In this document: positions 11,261-20,019 of the stretch, in pieces
Layout of the letters: each line of letters opens with the position of its first letter
How positions within the stretch are numbered: position 1 is the first letter of the stretch
Origin: Acidobacteriota bacterium
GTDB taxonomy: Bacteria > Acidobacteriota > UBA6911 > JACQSX01
Direction: 5' to 3'
Length of the DNA stretch: 64,000 bases
NCBI GenBank assembly: GCA_036507075.1
Contig: DASXQR010000059.1
Location: forward strand, 31,850 to 95,849
Made by a program: the position numbers and the translations under genes
The notes under the pieces: model-generated
Database searches by the model: none
What the model saw: only the letters and a program-made list of their open reading frames with translations
Told to the model about the DNA's origin: nothing

Positions 11261-12571
11261 ATGAATAAGAAAACATCGGATTTGTCCCCCACGCCGGCGC
11301 CCACGCGGCGTCAATTCCTCAAAACATCAGGAGCGGCTCTGGCTTCCGGCGCTATTGCGGCCAGCCTTCCGCTTGAGATCAGCGCCCATCCGGCCGGAGG
11401 CGATTTGCTTCGTGTCGGACTGATCGGTTGCGGAGGCCGCGGGACAGGAGCAGCCGCCGAAGGGCTGCAGGCGGACAAAAACGTGAAACTCGTTGCCATG
11501 GCCGACGCATTCTCGGACCGCCTCGAGAGCAGCCTGCAGACCCTTCTAAAAATGCAGGAAATCGCCTCCAAGATCGACGTGCCCGCTGAACGGCGCTTCG
11601 TCGGATTCGATGCTTACAGACAGTTGATAGACAGCGGAGTGGACGTGGTACTGCTTGCGGCGCCGCCGCACTTCCGTCCCACGCACCTGAAGGCGGCCGT
11701 CGACGCCGGCAAGCATATTTTCGCGGAGAAGCCGGTGGCCGTGGATGCTCCCGGCGTGCGCTCTGTTCTGGCTACGTGTGAAGAAGCCAAAAAGAAGAAC
11801 CTCTCGCTTGTCTCAGGACTCTGCTTTCGGTACCACGAGGGTTTCCGTGAGATTGTCAAACGCATTCACGACGGAGGAGTAGGTGAAATTCGCGGGCTGC
11901 AGGCAAACGATTATCGCGGCCCGATCTGGGTCAAGCCGCGCCAGCCGGAATGGAGCGACATGGAATGGCAGATGCGCAACTGGTACTACTTCACCTGGCT
12001 GTCGGGAGACTTCAATGTCGAACAGCATGTCCATTTTCTCGACAACTGCAGTTGGGTAATGAGCGACTACCCGGTGCGCGCTCTTGGCGTGGGGGGGCGT
12101 ACAGTACGGACCGGCCCCGAGTATGGAAATATTTACGACCATCATGCCGTCACGTATGAGTATGCCAACGGCGCCAAGCTCTATGCCACCTGCCGCCAAT
12201 ACGCCGGGTGCCATAACGATATCAGCGCGTACGTGCTCGGCAGCAAAGGCACCGCCATAATCGCAGATCGAAAGCTCTCCATCATGACCGACAGTCCGTG
12301 GGAATACACCGGTCCGAACGGAAACATGTACCAAAACGAACAGGACCAGTTCTTCGCCAGCATCCGTAATGGTAAACCGATCAACAATGGCGACTACATG
12401 TCAAAGAGCACGCTGCTCGCCATCATGGGTCGCATGGCCACGTACACGGGCCAGTTGATCACCTGGGAGCAAGCGATGAACTCCAATGAAGACCTGACGC
12501 CCCCGAAGTATGACTGGGGAACGCTGGCTACGCCATCGGTGGCGATCCCCGGCGTGACAAAGTTCGCGTGA
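11261..12571 (+). CDS. Tat-exported Gfo/Idh/MocA family oxidoreductase
   Basis: TRRQFLK twin-arginine signal, GLIGCGGRG, HIFAEKP, EQHVH. Confidence 0.92.
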   Translation: MNKKTSDLSPTPAPTRRQFLKTSGAALASGAIAASLPLEISAHPAGGDLLRVGLIGCGGRGTGAAAEGLQADKNVKLVAMADAFSDRLESSLQTLLKMQEIASKIDVPAERRFVGFDAYRQLIDSGVDVVLLAAPPHFRPTHLKAAVDAGKHIFAEKPVAVDAPGVRSVLATCEEAKKKNLSLVSGLCFRYHEGFREIVKRIHDGGVGEIRGLQANDYRGPIWVKPRQPEWSDMEWQMRNWYYFTWLSGDFNVEQHVHFLDNCSWVMSDYPVRALGVGGRTVRTGPEYGNIYDHHAVTYEYANGAKLYATCRQYAGCHNDISAYVLGSKGTAIIADRKLSIMTDSPWEYTGPNGNMYQNEQDQFFASIRNGKPINNGDYMSKSTLLAIMGRMATYTGQLITWEQAMNSNEDLTPPKYDWGTLATPSVAIPGVTKFA

Positions 12572-12665
12572 AACTGAGTGAAGAAGCGCCAGTCGATCCG
12601 GGTTGACCGGCGCGTACGGTCTCAACCATCGAACGTCCGGCACGATCTTCGACACCGCCTGCCTG

Positions 12666-14009
12666 ATGAAACTGATACGGCCCACCTGCTGCTTCCTGAG
12701 CTTGTTCCTTTTCATAGCGCTGAGCATGAGGGAGAACCTGGCTGCTGCCAAACCTGCAAGCAGACCGGCTCTGCAGTCCGAAACAGCGGTCGATTCAACC
12801 ACACTAAACGGAAAACTGATGATGGGTTACCAGGGATGGTTTCTCTGCCCGGCCGACGGCTCACCCGTGAACAGCTGGTTTCACTGGTTCCGCCGCAACC
12901 AGACCCCGGATGCTTCGACCGTTACCGTGGACTTTTGGCCCGACACGTCGGAACTGGAGCCGGACGAACTGTTCATCACACCTTTCACGCGTCCCGATGG
13001 CAGCTCCGCACCCCTCTACTCCTCGTACAAACAAAAGACTGTTCTGCGACATTTCCAATGGATGCAGCAATACGGACTTGATGGGGTATTCCTGCAGCGA
13101 TTCTCATCGGAACTTCGGGACAGCCGCTACTTCAACGTTCGAAACCAGGTTACCCGGAATGTTCTCGCGGGAGCGGAGGCATTCGGGCGTGTCTTTGCCA
13201 TCATGTACGACATCTCCGGCCAGAGTGAAGCCACACTGGTCCAGGATCTCAAGAATGACTGGTCTTACTTGGTAGACACGCTGAAAATAACCGAGAGCTC
13301 CAGCTATTTGAAACATAAAGGAAAGCCCGTGCTGGCGATCTGGGGATTTGGATTCACTGATCGACCCGGAACGCCCGAGCAGGTGCGCCAGCTGATTTCG
13401 TTCTTCCAGTCTGAAGCGCCTGAAAAATATCGGGTCACACTGGTGGGAGGCGTGCCGTCTTACTGGCGCACTCTGACACGGGATTCCAAAACAGATCCGG
13501 CCTGGGCGCAAGTCTATCGCTCGTTTGACGTGCTCAGCCCATGGGCCGTAGGGCGATTCTCCGATGAGGCAGGCGCGGAACGATTCAGGCGCGATGTCAC
13601 TGTGCCTGATCTGGCGGAAACTGCCGCCGGGAACATAGAATACCTGCCCGTCATTTTCCCCGGCTTCTCCTGGTCAAATCTTAACAAAGGACCCTTTAAC
13701 CAGATCCCTCGGTTGGGAGGACGGTTTTATTGGAAGCAGGTCTACAACGCACTCTCGGCGGGAGCGTCGATGCTTTACGGCGCGATGTTCGATGAGGTCG
13801 ATGAAGGCACCGCTATGTTCAAAATGGCGCCTACCCCGCTTCAGATGCCCGAGCAGGGAAGATTCGTGCCTTTAAGCGTCGATGGCTATGCCCTGCCGAG
13901 TGACTGGTATCTCCGCGTTGCGGGCGCGGCAGGAAAAATGCTGCGGCATGAAATCCCCCTGGAGAACGAAATGCCCCTGCCGCTTCCCACTCGAAGAAGA
14001 AGGCCCTGA
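12666..14009 (+). CDS. Secreted glycoside hydrolase, GH71/GH99-like (xylosidase/arabinosidase-type)
   Basis: Signal peptide, MGYQGWF, HFQWMQQYGLDGVFLQRF, MYDISG, SPWAVGR, PVIFPGFSW, AMFDEVDEGTA. Start approximate. Confidence 0.8.
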   Translation: MKLIRPTCCFLSLFLFIALSMRENLAAAKPASRPALQSETAVDSTTLNGKLMMGYQGWFLCPADGSPVNSWFHWFRRNQTPDASTVTVDFWPDTSELEPDELFITPFTRPDGSSAPLYSSYKQKTVLRHFQWMQQYGLDGVFLQRFSSELRDSRYFNVRNQVTRNVLAGAEAFGRVFAIMYDISGQSEATLVQDLKNDWSYLVDTLKITESSSYLKHKGKPVLAIWGFGFTDRPGTPEQVRQLISFFQSEAPEKYRVTLVGGVPSYWRTLTRDSKTDPAWAQVYRSFDVLSPWAVGRFSDEAGAERFRRDVTVPDLAETAAGNIEYLPVIFPGFSWSNLNKGPFNQIPRLGGRFYWKQVYNALSAGASMLYGAMFDEVDEGTAMFKMAPTPLQMPEQGRFVPLSVDGYALPSDWYLRVAGAAGKMLRHEIPLENEMPLPLPTRRRRP

Positions 14010-14185
14010 TTCGGAATGCGGAATGGGGAATGCGGAATGGGGAATAGGGAATGCGGAATGAGGGATGCGGAATACGACCAGGTTGAAATTCTGATAGATG
14101 CGACGGAATCACCACCCATTCCGCATTCCGAAATCCGCATTCCTCATTCCCCATTCCGCATTTCCCATTCCGAAATCCGCATTCG
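14010..14185. repeat. Inverted TGCGGAA/TTCCGCA-type heptamer arrays between convergent genes
   Basis: Directly visible. The last codons of the minus-strand GATase run into the array. Confidence 0.8.
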
Positions 14186-14917
14186 AGAAAATTCGGCGGC
14201 CGCTTTTACAAATGCCATCACAACCGGATGCGGGTTTTCGGCGGTGGAAGAAAGCTGCGGCTGAAATAGCGTGGCCAGGAAGAACCGGTGGTTCGCAAGC
14301 TCAGCAGCCCGAACTTCTCCCTGCCCCCCGCGCGCGCTGAAACGCAATCCCGCATCCTGGCGTCTACTTTCGTAGGCTGGATTGACTTCGTAATTGCAGA
14401 AAAACTCCTCCTCTACATCGTGGCTCTTGTAAATCAGACGGGCGATGCTTTTCGGCTCGATGTGGACTCGAAGCCCGCCTGAAAGCTTGGGCGCCCCAGC
14501 CGGTCGCTGCTGCACTGCGCAAACAACGGGATAGATAACCAGGTTGTTCGATCCCTGACCGTGTTCTGCGCTGTCGGCGTCGGCGATTCCCAAAACATTG
14601 CGTGCATACTCTAACAGAGTATGTTGAAACCCACCTCAGGTACCAAGCAACGGCCAGTCCCGCACTCTGGCAAATTGAATCGCGCGCAGCACCCCCTCGA
14701 TGCTTCGGTAAGGACTTCCCGGAGAGATCCAGACGCCCTGGCAATTCCTGAGGGTCCTCTCGTAGTTCTGCTCCAGCAGAGAATCGGTGGGAAGCCACTG
14801 CCATTTCAGATTCAGACCCAGAGCCTGCGCTGCGTGATCGAGCGAATGATTAGTGGCATGATGGGAGTGGAAGTCAGGGTTAAAGTCTCCGATGATTGAA
14901 ATCCGGACCGGTGTCAT
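14144..14917 (-). CDS. CTP-synthase C-terminal-like glutamine amidotransferase, probable selenoprotein (UGA at 14636-14638 read as Sec)
   Basis: Track ORFs 14636..14917 and 14144..14593 are in one frame, joined by PLLGT-UGA-GGFQHTLLEYARNVLG. The UGA sits at the nucleophile-elbow Cys of class I GATases. Confidence 0.85.
14605..14623 (-). promoter_or_regulatory. Candidate bacterial SECIS hairpin
   Basis: CAUACUCU-GUU-AGAGUAUG forms a perfect 8-bp stem starting 12 nt after the UGA, with G as the first loop base. Confidence 0.65.
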
Positions 14918-14955
14918 TAGCGTTTAGTGTGAGATTTAGGGAATGGTGGAGCGGC

Positions 14956-15312
14956 AGCACGCGAAGCACAGAGCTACGTCCCGCAAGGGCGTGGTGGGGA
15001 TAATGCTAGTCGGTGAGACGACGGGAGTCGGTGATATCAGGGAGTCGGTGAGACGGCAAGATCACAGTACCGCGATCCGTAAGGTCGCGGCGCGTCGGAG
15101 TAAACCGCCTCGAAGGGATTAGCATCGCTCCTTCCACCAGCCACTCCGCGACATCCACATGATGGCAACTGCCGTCAGGCCGGAGCGATGGTAACGGCTC
15201 GAGACGGCTCAATCTGCGCGCCGCGACCTTACGGATCGCGGTACTGTGATCTCACCTACTCGCCTGATTCCCACCACGCCCTTGCGGGACGTGGCTCTGT
15301 GCTTCGCGTGCT
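14956..15312. repeat. Nested long inverted-repeat element (MITE/BIME-like), ~357 bp
   Basis: Outer 43-bp arms at 14956-14998 and 15270-15312 (one mismatch). Inner 35-bp perfect arms at 15060-15094 and 15217-15251. Confidence 0.8.
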
Positions 15313-15361
15313 CCCCTTCTCCCCCTCTCCCACTCTCCCTCTCTCCCACTCCCAAATACCA

Positions 15362-16066
15362 CTAGCCTTTCACCCTTCTCAACTTGATGTCCCGCAGCGC
15401 GGCCTTGGTTCTCCAGGTGGCGATTCCAAGCGGACGCGAAGGATCAACCTCGATGCGGATTGAAATCCGCCGTCCTTTAGTCACCACGTCAACCATTTTC
15501 TCATCGTCGATCCAGGCCTCAATCTTCGGCTCCGTCACGCGAACGCGAATCCGGTACCATCGATTCCTGGCAAAGCTCCTGGTCTGGCTGGTTTCATTCT
15601 CAGACGCGTCCTCGCCGTCCAGACTGGACAGGCCCACCGTACCGCCTCCCCACCCGCCTACAATAAAGCTGCAGTGAGAGGCCGCCACAGGAAAGGTAAG
15701 CCCGCAAAAGAAGTCATTTCCATCCAGCTTCATCGCTTCCAGGCTGATCTCGTAGTTAAGCTGCGGCAGTGGGCCGCCTGCCCAGGTTATTCCCGTCAAA
15801 TCACCGCCCATGGCAAGAATGATCTGGCCGTTCTCGACCGAAACGGGACCTTCCCCACCAAAATTCGTTGGCTGCCAGTTTTTCAGCGTTTTGCCGTCAA
15901 ACAAAGACTGCCAGGGTTCGTCCTCCGGAACTCCGGCAGGCTCTCCAGCCGGCGCTGAAGATCCGGTCAACACTGCGCTGCGTGCCGCAACGGGAAGCAG
16001 CAACAGTGCCAGAAACAGCATGGTCAGGCAAACGGCGCTCTTTAAATACCCCCAAGTGTGATCCAT
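15362..16066 (-). CDS. DUF1080 (3-keto-disaccharide hydrolase-like) secreted protein
   Basis: Signal peptide, WQSLFDGKTLKNW, NYEISLEA, WYRIRVRV, LRDIKLRR. Confidence 0.85.
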   Translation of the reverse strand: MDHTWGYLKSAVCLTMLFLALLLLPVAARSAVLTGSSAPAGEPAGVPEDEPWQSLFDGKTLKNWQPTNFGGEGPVSVENGQIILAMGGDLTGITWAGGPLPQLNYEISLEAMKLDGNDFFCGLTFPVAASHCSFIVGGWGGGTVGLSSLDGEDASENETSQTRSFARNRWYRIRVRVTEPKIEAWIDDEKMVDVVTKGRRISIRIEVDPSRPLGIATWRTKAALRDIKLRRVKG

Positions 16067-16149
16067 TGCACCAAAGATTTCACCACAAAGACACCAAGAG
16101 CACAAAGAAACTTAATGCAGTCCTACAGTTGTTTCATAATGATCGACGT

Positions 16150-17079
16150 ATGGCGGTACATGAAAACGCACTGGGGATGGTCGGCAACACGCCGTTGGTC
16201 AATTTGAAACGGCTTTATAGCGGTCCGGGCTCCATTCTGGCGAAAGCCGAGTTTGTGCACCCGGGCGGGAGCGTGAAAGATCGTGCCGCGCTTCGCATCA
16301 TCTCCGATGCTTATAAAAACAAGGTGTTGCGCCCTGACCAACCCGTCGTGGAGATGACCAGCGGCAACATGGGTGCAGGGCTTGCTGTGGTTTGTAACGT
16401 AACGGGCAACCCTTTTATCGCAGTCATGTCGGTGGGCAACAGCCCGGAGCGCGCCAAAATGCTTCAGGCCCTTGGAACGGAAGTGGTGCTCACTGCGCAG
16501 GTGGACGGCCGGCCGGGACAGGTAACCGGCGCGGATATCAGCGCAGCCGTGGAGCAAGCCAGGAAGATCGCCCATGAAAGAGGCGCCTTCTACGTGGATC
16601 AATTCAACAACCCGGGAACGGTGCGCGCGCATGAGGACGGAACAGGGCCTGAGATTTGGACTGATCTTGGCAATGGCATCGACGCTTTTGTCGCCTCGAT
16701 CGGAAGCGGCGGTACTTTTGTTGGAACTTCCCGATTCTTGAAGCGCCAAAGGGCTCAGATTCGGTGCGCGGCCGTCGAGCCGGACGGTTGCGAAGTGCTG
16801 GCGGGAAAACCGGTGGGCAAGAGCAGACATCTGCTCCAGGGAACCGGTTACGGCATCGTTCCACCGCAATGGGATGCCTCCCTTGCTGATTTTTTCTTTT
16901 CTGTGTCAGACAGCGAAGCAACCCATTTCCGGGAATTGTTGGCGCTCAAGGAAGGCCTGCACGTCGGTTTTTCCGCCGCCGCGAACGTTTGTGCATCTGT
17001 GAAGTTGATCGAAAGCGGGAAATTGGGAAGAGCTCCGACCGTAGTGACCATCCTCTGTGATACGGGTTTGAAGTATTGA
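16150..17079 (+). CDS. Cysteine synthase family PLP-dependent enzyme
   Basis: GNTPLV, KAEFVHPGGSVKDR, TSGNMG, DQFNNP, IGSGGT, VVTILCDTGLKY. Confidence 0.9.
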   Translation: MAVHENALGMVGNTPLVNLKRLYSGPGSILAKAEFVHPGGSVKDRAALRIISDAYKNKVLRPDQPVVEMTSGNMGAGLAVVCNVTGNPFIAVMSVGNSPERAKMLQALGTEVVLTAQVDGRPGQVTGADISAAVEQARKIAHERGAFYVDQFNNPGTVRAHEDGTGPEIWTDLGNGIDAFVASIGSGGTFVGTSRFLKRQRAQIRCAAVEPDGCEVLAGKPVGKSRHLLQGTGYGIVPPQWDASLADFFFSVSDSEATHFRELLALKEGLHVGFSAAANVCASVKLIESGKLGRAPTVVTILCDTGLKY

Positions 17080-17090
17080 TCTCCAAGCCC

Positions 17091-17312
17091 GACCGAACCG
17101 CGCGCGTAAGCAAGCGGACCCGCCGCGCAGATTTGCCACGAAGGCACGAAGACACGAAGGACAACAATTGAATTAGAAGTTCCACTTCTCCGACAACCTG
17201 GATCGCGTTATGAGAAGTGTCACTTCAAAATGAATACCGATTCTTCGTGCCTTCGTGCCTTCGTGGCAAATCTCCGCCGAGAGTCCGCTTGCTTACGCGC
17301 GGTTCGGTCGGC
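17091..17312. repeat. REP-like inverted pair ccgcgcgcgtaagcaagcgg with nested gccacgaaggcacgaag arms
   Basis: Arms at ~17098-17117 and ~17285-17303. The same element recurs at 26741-26760 and 26864-26884. Confidence 0.8.
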
Positions 17313-17453
17313 TCGCGCGTCCTCCTGCACTGCAGAATCAATTAGCGAACAAGTTGGAAAATTTCCGCTGCCGGTACTATGATGGTTAATGTTTCCACTC
17401 AATTTAAGCCGTTTATTTTTTGCTCGGAAAAATCCGTTGCAGGAGGATTCCTT

Positions 17454-18803
17454 ATGACCAGGCATTCCTTGAATCGCAGGCAGTTCCTACAGAACAGCGC
17501 TCTGGCTGGAGGATTGGGTTTGGTTGCCGGCCGCGAAGCACTCGCTTCGCAGGAGAATAATCGCGTTTCAGCCAATGACCGCATCACGGTCGGCATGATT
17601 GGCGTCGGTGCCCGCGCCCATGAGTTGCTCAGGGCAATTCTGAACATCCAGGGCACGGAAATCGTCGGCGTCTGCGACGCTTACAGGGGCAGGCTGGAGC
17701 GGGCGGTTGAAAGGACCGGCGGACGGGCCAAGGTGTATCCGGATTACCGCCAGATTCTGGCCGACAAGGGAATCGACGCAGTCGTCATCGCCACTCCCGA
17801 TCACCTGCACAAGAGCATGGCGATCGATGCCGTGCGTGCCGGAAAAGACGTTTATATCGAAAAGCCGCTCACCTATGCGGTCGACGAAGGCAATGAAATC
17901 ATTGCCGCCGTGAAAAGCACCGGACGAATTTTTCAGGTCGGAAGCCAGGGAATCAGTACGGCGATTCAGCAAAAAGCGCGCGAAGTCATCAAATCAGGAG
18001 CGCTCGGCCAGATCACGATGATTCGTGCCTTCTACAACCGCAACACCCCCGGAGGCGCGTGGATCTATCCCATTCCGCCCGACGCATCTCCCGAAACGGT
18101 CAACTGGGAAATGTTCCTCGGGCCCGCGCCCAAGCGTCCTTTCAACCTGGAACGATTTTTCCGGTGGCGCTGTTTCTGGGATTATTCCGGAGGTATCGCC
18201 ACTGACCTGTTCGTACACCTGATGACCACGATCCATTATGTAATGGGGGCGAAGATGGCGTCCAAAGCGACGGCGCTATCCGCGCTCTACAAGTGGAAGG
18301 AAACCCGCGACGTGCCCGACACGATTAATGCGGTGCTCGAGTATCCCGAGGGCTTCATGGTGAATTTGAGCGGAACCTTCAACAACCAGATGAGGGATGA
18401 AGGCGGCTTCCATATCCTTGGCACCAACGCAAGCCTGGTTCTGGGTTCCAGCCTGACTCTTATTCCTGAAAATGTCGTCGATGACAACGCCTGGATCGTG
18501 GAAAGCTGGCCAAAGAGACTGCAGGAACAGTACTACAAGGATCCGAAGGTTCAAAAATCAGAGATGCCGCAGACCTGGCCACCCGCGGTTATCACCGGTT
18601 CTCAAAAGTGGGAGGGTGTCGGTCAGGAGTCCACGCTGATCCATTTGTCGAATTTCTTCAACTCGGTGAAGAGCCGGACCGAACCGGTTGAAAGTGCGCT
18701 GGTGGGACATCGGGCCGCCGCTGTGGCCCACATGGTCAACGAAGCGGCCCGCAAGGAGAAAACGGTCTACTGGGATTACCCGCGGGAAACCTTCAAGGCG
18801 TAG
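17454..18803 (+). CDS. Tat-exported Gfo/Idh/MocA family oxidoreductase
   Basis: AGGAGG RBS, NRRQFL, GMIGVGAR, IATPDHLH, DVYIEKP. Confidence 0.92.
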   Translation: MTRHSLNRRQFLQNSALAGGLGLVAGREALASQENNRVSANDRITVGMIGVGARAHELLRAILNIQGTEIVGVCDAYRGRLERAVERTGGRAKVYPDYRQILADKGIDAVVIATPDHLHKSMAIDAVRAGKDVYIEKPLTYAVDEGNEIIAAVKSTGRIFQVGSQGISTAIQQKAREVIKSGALGQITMIRAFYNRNTPGGAWIYPIPPDASPETVNWEMFLGPAPKRPFNLERFFRWRCFWDYSGGIATDLFVHLMTTIHYVMGAKMASKATALSALYKWKETRDVPDTINAVLEYPEGFMVNLSGTFNNQMRDEGGFHILGTNASLVLGSSLTLIPENVVDDNAWIVESWPKRLQEQYYKDPKVQKSEMPQTWPPAVITGSQKWEGVGQESTLIHLSNFFNSVKSRTEPVESALVGHRAAAVAHMVNEAARKEKTVYWDYPRETFKA

Positions 18804-18813
18804 TGGAGGAACC

Positions 18814-20007
18814 ATGAATCGCAGATTTTTCTTAAAAGCTGCCGGAGCAATCTCCGGACTGGGCGCAGGGTTTCGACCGGGAACGGTTTCAGCCCTGTCT
18901 TCGCCGCATATCTATTCAGAATTGGGGATCAAGCCCTTTATCAACGCTGCCGGGACCTATACGACCTTGAGCGGATCGGTAATGGCCGATGAAGTGAGGA
19001 AAGCGATGGAGCAGGCTGGAAGTGCTCATGTCTCCATTCCTGAGCTCCAGGCTGCAGTGGGAAAGCGAATTGCGGAGATGGTGGGCGCCGAGGGGGCGTT
19101 GGTGACCGCGGGCTGCGCGGCTGCTTTGACGCTGGCAACGGCGGCTTGTATTGCAGGCAAGGATCCTGAAAAGATCCGCCGTGTTCCCGACACGTCCGGT
19201 TTGAAGAATGAAGTGATCTGCCAGAAGACGCATCGGGTCGGCTACGATCACGCCATCCGAAACGTGGGAGCAAAGATCATCGAAGTGGAAACTCGAGATC
19301 AACTGATGAACGCCGTTTCGGACAGAACGGCTATGTTTTTCTTCCTCAACTATTCCGATCCGAGGGGAAATATAAAACGCGAAGAATACGCTCAGATCGC
19401 CAACAGGCTGGGGATCCCATGCCTGATCGACGCCGCCGCCGATCTTCCTCCAATCGAGAACCTGCGCGCTTTCACCCGCATCGGCTTTGACCTGGCCGCC
19501 TTCAGCGGCGGCAAGGGCTTGTGCGGGCCGCAGTGCTCGGGCTTGCTCATTGGAAAGAAGCAATTGATAGAGGCTGCCTTTTTGAACGGCTCGCCCCATT
19601 CCGATTCCGTGGGACGGGTGGCCAAGGTGGGCAAGGAAGAGATTGTAGGCCTGTACAAAGCCCTCCAGCTTTATCTGAGGCGCGACCAGAAAGCGCAATG
19701 GGAGGACTGGGAGCGAAGGGTATCAGTGATAGATCGAGAGCTTGGCCGTGTTGCAGGACTGAAAACGGAACGCTTCGTTCCGGTCATCGCCAACGGATCG
19801 CCGCACCTGAGAGTGCAATGGAATCCGCAACAACTTCCTCTCACCGCCAGACAGGTGGTGGAGAGGCTACGGTCGGGAGAACCGCGCATTGAGCTGCGTC
19901 CCGGCAGCGAGGAAGGCAAGAACATGGTGGAAGTTTCCGTATGGATGCTGCATCCGGGCGAGGAAAAGATCGTGGCACGCCGAATTCGCGAAACGTTCAA
20001 AACTTAG
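18814..20007 (+). CDS. SelA-related/DgaE-like PLP-dependent enzyme with Tat signal
   Basis: GGAGG RBS, MNRRFFLK, FINAAGTYTTLSGS, LIDAAA, PLP-lysine motif FSGGKGLCGPQ, KVGKEE. Confidence 0.85.
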   Translation: MNRRFFLKAAGAISGLGAGFRPGTVSALSSPHIYSELGIKPFINAAGTYTTLSGSVMADEVRKAMEQAGSAHVSIPELQAAVGKRIAEMVGAEGALVTAGCAAALTLATAACIAGKDPEKIRRVPDTSGLKNEVICQKTHRVGYDHAIRNVGAKIIEVETRDQLMNAVSDRTAMFFFLNYSDPRGNIKREEYAQIANRLGIPCLIDAAADLPPIENLRAFTRIGFDLAAFSGGKGLCGPQCSGLLIGKKQLIEAAFLNGSPHSDSVGRVAKVGKEEIVGLYKALQLYLRRDQKAQWEDWERRVSVIDRELGRVAGLKTERFVPVIANGSPHLRVQWNPQQLPLTARQVVERLRSGEPRIELRPGSEEGKNMVEVSVWMLHPGEEKIVARRIRETFKT

Positions 20008-20019
20008 TCGACTTTCGAT

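Noticed and set aside
14636..14638. Simple nonsense pseudogene
   Set aside because: The single UGA is exactly at the catalytic Cys, the rest of the frame is intact, and a hairpin follows. Sec is the better explanation, though unproven.
18814..20007. True selA supporting the nearby selenoprotein
   Set aside because: It carries a Tat signal and FSGGKG rather than the SelA FSGDKL motif, so it fits the SelA-related/DgaE-like group better.
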